Virus record (IMG/VR): IMGVR_UViG_3300033513_000032
Coordinates: 1-37,820 of that record
Direction: 5' to 3' (one strand)
Source: a virus
Lineage: Duplodnaviria > Caudoviricetes
Length of the DNA: 37,820 bases
The notes below the pieces were generated by a model, which saw only the letters and a list, made by a program, of their open reading frames with translations, was not told the origin of the DNA and ran no database searches. Below, one piece after another: positions 25,538-33,111 of this stretch (position 1 is its first letter; each line of letters begins with the position of its first letter). The position numbers and the translations under genes are program-made.

Positions 25538-26475
25538 CTGGGTGCGATACTAAAGGCTACCATGTCCTCTGGTGAGAATGGCAGCGGAACTTGATCGAGC
25601 ACGTTCATCAGTTCGTCGTCCGGCAGCCGGCCATAGATGTCGGCCGTGACTGACTCCTGGGAATGGCCTGCCGCCTGGCTGACCAGGCCCAGCGAAACGC
25701 CCGCCGCCTGCCAGTCCCGAATCCTTCGATGCCTCCAGTTGTGGGGATTCCACCCCGACTTGACCCCGGCCGCCTGCGCAATCCGCTCAAGGATCTGATA
25801 CAAGCCTGAGTATTTGAGGGGACCTCTGATCCCGAGAAAGACGTGATCGTCCTCGGAATCGGGCCGGACCTGCAGGTAGGCTCGCAGCGCCTCGACGGCC
25901 TTCGGAATCAGTTGCACGACTCGCGTCTTGTTCCCTTTCTCGGTCACATGCGCTCGACCTGATTCCAGGTGAAGGTCAGACAACTTCAATCCGACCACCC
26001 CTGCGGCGCGGGCACCCGTGGAGTAAAAGAACCAGCATAGCGCCAGCTCGCGCTCGCCCATCTTGGCCGCCGTCTCCAGCATCGCGGCAAGATCCGTGTG
26101 CTCGATGCCCTTCGGCTTTCCCTTCGGTAATTTGGGCAGTTCGAGCCGCCGGGCGGTGTTCTGGGCGATCAGGTTCTCCTCCTCGAGCCAGGCAAATAGC
26201 CGCTTGGCTGCCCGCACGTAGCCATGCAGCGTGTGCTTGGAAAGCCCGCCCTGCAAAGCGCTCCGACCGGAGGGATGATCGGCGTAACGGGTCGTGCGCT
26301 CGCACAAGCCTACTCTCCATCGTCGCAAGTCCTGGATCGTCACGGCCTGCACATCCACGTCGCCCAGGAATGCCACCAGGCAGTTCAGGCGGCGCCGATA
26401 CCAGACCAGCGTCGCCTTGGAGGCCACCCCGTTGAGCGACAAGAGGAACGCCTCGACTGACTGAGTCATTTGCAT
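25534..26475 (-). CDS. int: Tyrosine integrase
   Basis: TGAR (R), EKGNK (K), HNWRH (HxxR), AGH...IY (H, Y); SAM-like N-domain. Confidence 0.95.
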   Translation of the reverse strand: MQMTQSVEAFLLSLNGVASKATLVWYRRRLNCLVAFLGDVDVQAVTIQDLRRWRVGLCERTTRYADHPSGRSALQGGLSKHTLHGYVRAAKRLFAWLEEENLIAQNTARRLELPKLPKGKPKGIEHTDLAAMLETAAKMGERELALCWFFYSTGARAAGVVGLKLSDLHLESGRAHVTEKGNKTRVVQLIPKAVEALRAYLQVRPDSEDDHVFLGIRGPLKYSGLYQILERIAQAAGVKSGWNPHNWRHRRIRDWQAAGVSLGLVSQAAGHSQESVTADIYGRLPDDELMNVLDQVPLPFSPEDMVAFSIAPS

Positions 26476-26573
26476 ATGTACGCACCTCCATCCTGGTGCT
26501 TAGATATGCCTCAATCAATCGAGGCGGTCAACCCTGAGCTGGGCGGCCGGCTTGCACGCCAGCCGCTCCCATG

Positions 26574-26582
26574 ATTGTACCA
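26574..26582 (-). promoter_or_regulatory. Extended -10 of probable int promoter
   Basis: TGGTACAAT about 100 bp upstream of int. Confidence 0.5.
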
Positions 26583-26730
26583 CGAAGCCCTCTGATTTCC
26601 CAGGGCGAAAGGGGGTGATAGGCAAAGAGAGACAAAAGGGCGCTGGGGCCACGAGTCAAATGTTGGAAGACCGGGCTGGCTTCCATGGGGAGGCGCGTGG
26701 CCCCAGCCACAAAACAAGAAAGGAGATCAA

Positions 26731-26913
26731 GTGAAATCACAAGTCCAGACTCGAATCATTGTCCAACTCTCGACCGACGAGGCGCGCAGCGCGGTCACGG
26801 ATGCGACCGATCTGCAGCTCTCCATCCGGTCCGCGCTGTATGCTCTCGACGGCGAGCCGGTTCAACTTCTGCGTCCCGCTCCAGCGCAGCTCTTGCCGCC
26901 GAAAAAAAAATAG
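26731..26913 (+). CDS. Hypothetical early protein
   Basis: AAGGAG RBS, GTG start. Confidence 0.62.
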   Translation: MKSQVQTRIIVQLSTDEARSAVTDATDLQLSIRSALYALDGEPVQLLRPAPAQLLPPKKK

Positions 26914-26938
26914 AGACGGCAAGAAGAGAAAGCGGACC

Positions 26939-27058
26939 ATGCCCAAATTCGGCGAATGTCCTTTCTGCCATGAGATGAAGGATATTAGGGGCCTTGGCCG
27001 CCATGTCAAATCTTGCGAAGCGATCCACAGCAAGGTGGATGCCGTGGAAAGCCAGTAA
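26939..27058 (+). CDS. Small C2HC zinc-finger-like peptide
   Basis: MPKFGECPFC...GLGRHVKSC, 39 aa. Confidence 0.5.
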   Translation: MPKFGECPFCHEMKDIRGLGRHVKSCEAIHSKVDAVESQ

Positions 27059-27073
27059 ACAAAGGAGGATTGC

Positions 27074-27400
27074 ATGGGCAAAGATTTCAGCGTAACCATC
27101 ATCGATCCGGAGCGAGCCGCCGAATGGACTGATGTTCTGGGCACGACCACCGTCAACGTCGTCTCGCCCTTGCCGAGCCTGGTCAACCTGCCCGGCCACC
27201 CGCGTGCGCTCGCCTTCTTCCTGGACATCAAGCTCTTGTCCGGCGCCCAGCGGGCCGCCCTGGTCAACCACCTGGCGAACAAGTTCGGCGAGCCGGCCGC
27301 CGACGTGGAGGCAGCGATCGCCGAGGATCCGGACCATGCCGTGCCCATCCTCGATAAAGACTGTATCATGGTCATTCAAAATCCGTGGCGGTGGTTCTAG
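27074..27400 (+). CDS. Hypothetical protein
   Basis: AGGAGG RBS; strong GC3 codon bias. Confidence 0.75.
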   Translation: MGKDFSVTIIDPERAAEWTDVLGTTTVNVVSPLPSLVNLPGHPRALAFFLDIKLLSGAQRAALVNHLANKFGEPAADVEAAIAEDPDHAVPILDKDCIMVIQNPWRWF

Positions 27401-27402
27401 CC

Positions 27403-27900
27403 ATGGACGAAGAGGCGATCGCGCGGCTGCATGCCAAGGCCCAGGCCGACGACCGGCGTGTACGCCAATCATTTGTGTTCGCGATCCAGGAGCGGGACCC
27501 GCGCCGCCAGTTGGCGGATGCAATCGAGCTTAAGGTCAAATGGCGGTTGGAGGACCTCGGCTACCTGGTAGTCGCTCAGACGCACAAAGAGCGTTTTGAC
27601 TTGTTGGTGCAGGGAGTGCGCGTCGAGGTCAAGGCCGCCACCTGGGACGGCGAGCAATATCAAGCCAACCTGCATGGTAACCAAGCCGACGTGCTCGTAT
27701 TTGCCTGCATTGATGGCGCGGCGCATTATTTCGTGATTCCCTTCGGAGAGGTATCGAGCCTGCGGATGCTCAAGATCTCGTCGCATGATCCGCGCGATTA
27801 CATCGGCAAGTGGATGCGGTACTACGCCGCCTGGGAATTGATTGACGAACTGGTGGCAGCCGGCTGCAATGCCTGGCAGCCGGCGCTGATGGAGATCTGA
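27403..27900 (+). CDS. PD-(D/E)XK nuclease-family protein
   Basis: E...FDLLV...VEVKAAT. Confidence 0.72.
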   Translation: MDEEAIARLHAKAQADDRRVRQSFVFAIQERDPRRQLADAIELKVKWRLEDLGYLVVAQTHKERFDLLVQGVRVEVKAATWDGEQYQANLHGNQADVLVFACIDGAAHYFVIPFGEVSSLRMLKISSHDPRDYIGKWMRYYAAWELIDELVAAGCNAWQPALMEI

Positions 27901-27901
27901 C

Positions 27902-28384
27902 ATGAAACAGCATATCGTTCAAGTCACAAGCCTGGCCGAGTTTTGCGCCGAAGTTCCCACGCCCCTGCACGTGGCCGGCGAGGACCAGCCCAACCAGGTC
28001 CGGCTGAGTCTGACCGAGCGCGGTACTTCCTTCGGCGGCAAGCTCAACGTGCCAGGCAAGATTGTCGAGCTTTCGCTCCAGGGCATCAATGCACACAATG
28101 AGATCGTCTGGCTCATGTACACTTTTGATTTCAGCTTTCCCGACGACGAGTTTATGAACCGGTCCGGCCACTTGATCTACCGGCAGATGCCTGCGATGCG
28201 AGACTTGGTGACAGGTTGGCTACAGGCCAAAGGCTACCGTGTGCTCGGTGGGCGCTATGGCATCCCCGATAACATCGCGCCACTGCGCGGCTATTTTGAA
28301 TGTGTCAAGTGGATCAAGGTTGAATGTGAAGACTCGACGGAATACCGTCTGGAGTCTGTTCAGACATCAGGAGGTGCAGTGTGA
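27902..28384 (+). CDS. Hypothetical protein
   Basis: In operon; GGAG RBS. Confidence 0.7.
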   Translation: MKQHIVQVTSLAEFCAEVPTPLHVAGEDQPNQVRLSLTERGTSFGGKLNVPGKIVELSLQGINAHNEIVWLMYTFDFSFPDDEFMNRSGHLIYRQMPAMRDLVTGWLQAKGYRVLGGRYGIPDNIAPLRGYFECVKWIKVECEDSTEYRLESVQTSGGAV

Positions 28385-28677
28385 CCATGTCTCCTCGTAC
28401 GCCAGTGCAAGTCAGGCAGGATATCAAAGACGCAAAAGGCAATCTACTGATCGCCAAAGGCACGCTAGGCGTGATCAGCTACCTCACGAACTATTTGCCA
28501 GGCGGTCATCCACGCAGCGCGGTGATCGTCGCATCGCCGCACGTGTCTACCGATAAACATGGCCGGATCGAACGCTACGGCAGGGGCAAGCTCGTCACCA
28601 TCCCGCTCGCCGCGCTCGAGCCGGTGCTGGACATCTCGACCTTCTTCGAGCCGGCAGGCCAGCTCGGGAGCGATTGA
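28381..28677 (+). CDS. Hypothetical protein
   Basis: AGGAGG RBS; GTGA overlap. Confidence 0.65.
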   Translation: MTMSPRTPVQVRQDIKDAKGNLLIAKGTLGVISYLTNYLPGGHPRSAVIVASPHVSTDKHGRIERYGRGKLVTIPLAALEPVLDISTFFEPAGQLGSD

Positions 28678-28678
28678 C

Positions 28679-28909
28679 ATGGCCCAAGACGATCCCGCCA
28701 TTATCCTGACCCACCAAGAGACCTGCATTATTCGAGGCCTGACCTATGCCTCGTCGTCCATCGCATCCGAATTAGAATACCTGGATGCGCTCGAGCAATC
28801 GCCTGGTCATTTGGCTGCCCGCGCCGATATAGCCGAGGCGTTACGCTTACTCTCGCGGGCGCGCAATGTGCTGCTCAAGATCGAAAGTCCGCAAGGGCCA
28901 GCACAATGA
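28679..28909 (+). CDS. Hypothetical protein
   Basis: Likely start MAQDDP after GGGAG; ATGA-coupled to the next gene. Confidence 0.6.
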   Translation: MAQDDPAIILTHQETCIIRGLTYASSSIASELEYLDALEQSPGHLAARADIAEALRLLSRARNVLLKIESPQGPAQ

Positions 28910-29667
28910 ACGAACGGTATCAACTACTCGCGGCGCTCAACGGCATCGCGTTCAAGTGCATCTACGCTTTCACGTGGGAACAGCGGCAAATTACCGTTTC
29001 GGAACTTGAGCCACTAGTAGGCCACGATAAAAACACCGTGCGAAAGGCTCTCGCACAACTAGCCCTGTATGGCCTCGCAAGCCAGGTAATCGGCAGCCAG
29101 GAAACGTGGTGCCTGACTGACAAGGGCTATCAATTGCCGCTCCCGCTCAATGCGCTGGCGCCGCCAGGCGGTTGTCAGACCGCTAGTGGTGAGAATTTCA
29201 CCAGTGGTGAAAAATTCTCACCACCTACTACTACTACTTTAAGAGACTATACGAAATTGCCTTTGTTAAGCAGTAGTAGTAGCACGTCTGGTGGTGAGAA
29301 TTTCACCACTGACCAAACGGCTAACCTGAAGGCATGTCACCAGGATCGCATCTTTGGCAAGAAAGCCGAAAAGCTGGCCGGCCTGGACTGGGTCACGCCA
29401 GAGTACATCCATGCGCATGTTGCCCAGGTCAAGCGTGATGGTCAGCGCCTGGGTCTCGCCATCCGCCGCATAGAAGATGGCGATCCGGCGCCCGAGCCGC
29501 CACCCGATCAGAATGAAACTGTCGCAGAGTCCTGGCGACGTTACATCCAGAGCGGTCGGCGAATTTGCCCCCATTGCGGGCAGCGAAATGGACGCCACGC
29601 GGTGAACTGCGAAATCCATCGGCAGGAGTTCGTCAATGATGCAGAAAAATACAACCCCAGCGACTGA
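28906..29667 (+). CDS. Putative replication initiator (N-terminal winged HTH, internal iterons)
   Basis: ITVSELEPLVGHDKNTVRKAL HTH; central low-complexity segment coincides with DNA repeats, as in lambda O. Confidence 0.65.
   Translation: MNERYQLLAALNGIAFKCIYAFTWEQRQITVSELEPLVGHDKNTVRKALAQLALYGLASQVIGSQETWCLTDKGYQLPLPLNALAPPGGCQTASGENFTSGEKFSPPTTTTLRDYTKLPLLSSSSSTSGGENFTTDQTANLKACHQDRIFGKKAEKLAGLDWVTPEYIHAHVAQVKRDGQRLGLAIRRIEDGDPAPEPPPDQNETVAESWRRYIQSGRRICPHCGQRNGRHAVNCEIHRQEFVNDAEKYNPSD
29186..29310. repeat. Putative replication origin (palindromic iterons)
   Basis: GTGGTGAGAATTTCACCA at 29186 and 29291, an inverted variant at 29204-29224, and TAC/GTA triplet runs flanking an AT-rich core. 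Confidence 0.7.
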
Positions 29668-30010
29668 GTCCCGCAAGGGCGAATACCGCGTGCCGGGCCA
29701 GGCGAGGCTGAGTGAATGCCGCTCCTGCCATGCCCCGATCATCTGGGCGCGCACTGGCAACGACAAGCCGATCCCGCTCTCGGTCGCCTCGATCCGCACC
29801 GATGAGCACGGCATCCGGTGGGCCTTGAGCCACTTCGCCGATTGCCCCAATGCGGCCGTGCATCGCAGCCCGGCTCCGGCCACCACGCTGGACCTGCGCG
29901 ATCTGCCTGAATATCTCAGGCGCCATGGGCTGGTCGTCGCAAGCTCGACGATCCGCGACGACGGCAATGGGCGCCTGATCGTCGAACTGTTCACAAGGAG
30001 GATCACATGA
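29636..30010 (+). CDS. Small Zn-binding phage protein
   Basis: CRSCHAPIIW...SHFADCP. Confidence 0.7.
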   Translation: MMQKNTTPATESRKGEYRVPGQARLSECRSCHAPIIWARTGNDKPIPLSVASIRTDEHGIRWALSHFADCPNAAVHRSPAPATTLDLRDLPEYLRRHGLVVASSTIRDDGNGRLIVELFTRRIT

Positions 30011-30163
30011 AAATGAAAGATGGAAAGGCAAACGCCCGGACCTTTGGCGAGGCAGTCGGGCGTCTGCAAGTGGTAGGGCCGGACCTTGTGTCCGCCCAGG
30101 GGCTTTTTTGAGATAGCCCCGTTCGCTTTTGATTCTATCACACTTTTTCAAGAGGAGTCAACC

Positions 30164-30388
30164 ATGAATTGTTCAATCGTTAAAACTACCGAACAACTCG
30201 CCGTCGAGAAAATCATGGTGCGATTGGCCAATCTCGCGGCATATGCCAAGACCCCCGAACAGGTCAGGAGGGTTCAACAACTCATCTTTGAGCGTCAGGC
30301 CAGCGACCAGCAACTTGCCCTCATTGAGCAGCGGCTCGGCATCGCCATCGTCCCGATCACGGAGGTCCTCCATGACTCAAGTCATTGA
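30164..30388 (+). CDS. Hypothetical protein
   Basis: GAGGAG RBS before MNCSIV; 74 aa. Confidence 0.6.
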   Translation: MNCSIVKTTEQLAVEKIMVRLANLAAYAKTPEQVRRVQQLIFERQASDQQLALIEQRLGIAIVPITEVLHDSSH

Positions 30389-31712
30389 TCCGACCCAGTG
30401 CACCTACAACAAGTTCCAGCCCGAGACGCGCCGCAAGTTCACGGACGCCGACCTGGTGGATCTCGAATCCATCAAGGAGCATGGTCTCTACTATGCCATC
30501 AAAGTTTACCCCGACCCGGACCGCCCTGCAGGGTGGTACATCGTCAAGGACGGCTGGCGACGTATCTGCGCCTGGCTGCGCTGGCGGCCGGCCGGCGAGG
30601 GCATCCCCGCCGACGTGGAAGAGCCGCCCGCCGATGACAAAGCACTGTTCACGCAGACCGTCATCAGCAACGAGGGACGCGAAAACTTTAATGCCATCCA
30701 GAAAGCCAACCTGCTCGGCCAGGCTGTCGAGCTGGGCATGACCCAGGCCGACGCCGGCAAGTTGTTCAACCCGCCGCTTGGCCAGGCCGCCGTATCCCAC
30801 CTGCTGAGCTTCCGCAAGCTCCCGCCCGAGATCCAGCGCCACGTCGAGACCGGCGCGGTGCCCGAGCGCATCGCCCGCAACCTGGTCACACTCGCCAGGC
30901 ACGCGCCCGATAAAGCCATCGAAGCCGCACAGCAAATCGCCGAGGCCAAGGAGGAAGACAAGGACGAGACCGCCTCCGACGAGATCGAAATGGCCTACAC
31001 GGATGCCCTGCCTTCCCTCCAAAAGTGGCATGCATCCTACAAGTGGCCCGAGAAACTCAAGGACGTCAGCGCCGAGGCCAAGCCGGACAAGGGCGAGCCG
31101 ACCATGATCTGGGCCTGCACCGATTGCAAGTTCAAACTGTCTTTCGGCTATCGAGAGTTCTGCACCCGCCCGGCGTGCTATAAACTCAAGGCGCGCTTGC
31201 TCGACGCGAAGGAAAAGGCCGAGCGCCAAAAGGTGACTGCCACCGCAGAGGCCAAGGGCAAGGCTACCCAGGAAGCCAAGGCGAAGGAAGAGCAAAAACG
31301 CCAGGCCAATCGAGTCGAGTGCCTGCGGCTGCTCGACGCCGCCGTGCTGGTCATCGCGCCCCAGCTCCCGCCCTTCGACGACCTCTATGGAGAGGTGATG
31401 ACAAAATTCATGCACCATCGTGTGCCGCTTGGCTCGACCTATGAGCTCGCCTATGTGGGCAGGCGTTCCCACTATTCTCGCATTCCGATCGCCGACCGCA
31501 ACAAGTTCATGGCCGCCTGGCTCCTGTGCGATGGCCTGAACACCTGGGATGTCAAGCCGGCTACGTGGCAAACCCACTTTGAAAAGTGGGCCAAGGTCAA
31601 CAAGATGAAACTGCCGGCAGGCTGGAGCAAGCCCTCGGAGCCTCCCAAGGGCAAGCTGCCCGCGCCAACACCCAAGGCATTGCCCAAGCGCAGGAAGAGC
31701 AAAAGAGATTGA
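30372..31712 (+). CDS. ParB/Spo0J-family protein with C-terminal extension
   Basis: GGAGG RBS; FQPETRRKF, DGWRR (GxRR box), SNEGRENFNAIQKA, HTH MTQADAGK..VSHLL, later CTDC..C...C. Confidence 0.85.
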   Translation: MTQVIDPTQCTYNKFQPETRRKFTDADLVDLESIKEHGLYYAIKVYPDPDRPAGWYIVKDGWRRICAWLRWRPAGEGIPADVEEPPADDKALFTQTVISNEGRENFNAIQKANLLGQAVELGMTQADAGKLFNPPLGQAAVSHLLSFRKLPPEIQRHVETGAVPERIARNLVTLARHAPDKAIEAAQQIAEAKEEDKDETASDEIEMAYTDALPSLQKWHASYKWPEKLKDVSAEAKPDKGEPTMIWACTDCKFKLSFGYREFCTRPACYKLKARLLDAKEKAERQKVTATAEAKGKATQEAKAKEEQKRQANRVECLRLLDAAVLVIAPQLPPFDDLYGEVMTKFMHHRVPLGSTYELAYVGRRSHYSRIPIADRNKFMAAWLLCDGLNTWDVKPATWQTHFEKWAKVNKMKLPAGWSKPSEPPKGKLPAPTPKALPKRRKSKRD

Positions 31713-31723
31713 AAGGCGCAAGG

Positions 31724-32014
31724 ATGGATCAAGCAAACCAACTCAGGATATACCTGATTCGATCCGGCATCACGTTGGGCGGGAGCGGCTGGACCGACGT
31801 TGTGCGGGAAAGATGCCTGACCGAGTTGTGCGATTTCTACAGGGCGATGTCCGACGAGGACAAAAACAGAGTGTGGTGTGTTGCGCGCTTGCTGGCCATC
31901 TGGCCAAAAGCGCCGGAAGTACAAGCCGCGGCCAATCAAGCATATGAGTTGGAGCTTGCTCGAGATCTGGCGGGATGGCCAGAGGCCCCAGAAATAGAAT
32001 CGAGGGCGGCATGA
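31724..32014 (+). CDS. Hypothetical protein
   Basis: Likely start MDQANQ; ATGA-coupled to the next gene. Confidence 0.55.
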   Translation: MDQANQLRIYLIRSGITLGGSGWTDVVRERCLTELCDFYRAMSDEDKNRVWCVARLLAIWPKAPEVQAAANQAYELELARDLAGWPEAPEIESRAA

Positions 32015-32868
32015 CGACATTCCTTTGCCCCGCCTGCGGCGCGTGTCTCGACGTGCGCCGGGGCGACGAGCCCCTGGGCAATCCCAGGGGTGAATCGCCA
32101 GGCAGCGTGTCTTCCTCCGGACCCACGCGCCTGATGAAACGCTATGAGATGGGCTCCGGCGCGCCGCCGGCCCTGTACAAGGAGATGATCATCACCACGC
32201 CTCACCGTGCGCCCACTCGCGAAGGCGACTTGATCGTGATCCTGGGCCAGGCCCTCGTGTCCACGGTCGTCGTCGGCGCCGCCTCCGGCATGCTCACCGC
32301 CTTGTTGCATTGGCCCTGGAAAGTGCCCGCCCTGGCCACCAGCGCCGCGCTGGTCGCTTCCTGGTTCTACCTGCTGACCGACCAGCGCGGGCTGTTGCGC
32401 CGCGTCGAGCGCTACATCGGCGCCGACCTCGACGGCGATGGCCAGATCGGCCCGCCCGATCCGCCCGTTGCGCCTCGCCCGGTCCCGACGACTCGGGTCG
32501 AGATCAACGAAACGATGAGGAACAGCACCGGCCAGCCCGTCGCCCGCCGGGAGAGCTACGACATCATCCGCGTCTCCAGCCCCGAGCTCGACTATATCGG
32601 CTTCCGGGTGATCACCCAGGGCCAGCCTTTCTCCAAGGACGGAATCGCGCGCCTGGAGGGATCGGTCGTCAAGGAGACACGGTTTCGTCAGATCCAGGAG
32701 GAGTTTGTCAGGGTTGGCTATGCGCGCTGGAAGAATGCCCAGGCGCACCACCAGGGAGCACTCCTGACCAAGAAGGGCATGGCGATCCTTCGCCATCATG
32801 CCGACAATTATGTCGAACTCGAAGAGGACCCCCCTGCCCCACCCGAACCAGAGCTCGCGCGCGCGTGA
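32011..32868 (+). CDS. Membrane protein (N-terminal CPAC knuckle, two TM helices, cytoplasmic C-domain)
   Basis: Start MTTFLCPACG; hydrophobic segments; DLDGDGQIG motif. Confidence 0.7.
   Translation: MTTFLCPACGACLDVRRGDEPLGNPRGESPGSVSSSGPTRLMKRYEMGSGAPPALYKEMIITTPHRAPTREGDLIVILGQALVSTVVVGAASGMLTALLHWPWKVPALATSAALVASWFYLLTDQRGLLRRVERYIGADLDGDGQIGPPDPPVAPRPVPTTRVEINETMRNSTGQPVARRESYDIIRVSSPELDYIGFRVITQGQPFSKDGIARLEGSVVKETRFRQIQEEFVRVGYARWKNAQAHHQGALLTKKGMAILRHHADNYVELEEDPPAPPEPELARA
32071..32090. repeat. Palindrome CCCCTGGG-N4-CCCAGGGG, copy 2 (in CDS)
   Basis: CCCCTGGGCAATCCCAGGGG. Confidence 0.85.
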
Positions 32869-32916
32869 AATTCGGGCGAATCACGCGCGCACGCGCGCGC
32901 GCGCGCACGCGTATGT
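32856..32916. repeat. Alternating purine-pyrimidine (CG)n-rich tract with inverted repeat
   Basis: GCGCGCGTGA..TCACGCGCGC and CACGCGCGCACGCGCGCGCGCGCGCACGCGTATGT. Confidence 0.8.
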
Positions 32917-32952
32917 CCATGGACATGCCCCGGCGCCCCGGCTCCGCGCCTA

Positions 32953-32981
32953 TTGTCACCCTATAACAGAAATGATATAAT
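32953..32981 (+). promoter_or_regulatory. Orphan strong promoter
   Basis: TTGTCA-17-TATAAT with TG extension; no credible downstream ORF. Confidence 0.72.
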
Positions 32982-32982
32982 T

Positions 32983-33106
32983 AGGCTCAGCAAGCCCCTG
33001 GGAAGTCCCAGGGGCAAGGGGCCTTGCCGAGCCTATCGGTACTGCCGGCCGCGTCCCGGCCGGATTGCCCAACACACGCCGCGCGCGAAGCGTGGCGTGT
33101 TCGTTC
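32983..33106 (+). ncRNA. Candidate structured small RNA (~120 nt) containing palindrome copy 3 (32995-33014)
   Basis: Follows the promoter; stems AGGCTC/GAGCCT, GCAAG/CTTGC, CCCCTGGG/CCCAGGGG, CCGGCCG/CGGCCGG and a terminal ACACGCCGCGC/GCGTGGCGTGT hairpin. Confidence 0.45.
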
Positions 33107-33111
33107 ACGCA

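Noticed and set aside
29186-29310. Mini-CRISPR array
   Set aside because: The repeats are adjacent or inverted, irregularly spaced, and lie in a CDS; no cas genes.
30020-30120. c-di-GMP-I riboswitch (GGCAAAC start)
   Set aside because: Lacks the GNRA-capped P2 and GCAAAG junction; only generic hairpins are present.
30357-31736. Long antisense ORFs (also 3733-4887, 9610-10560, 14850-15779, 34867-35790)
   Set aside because: Shadow frames of well-supported high-GC genes; no motifs or RBS support.
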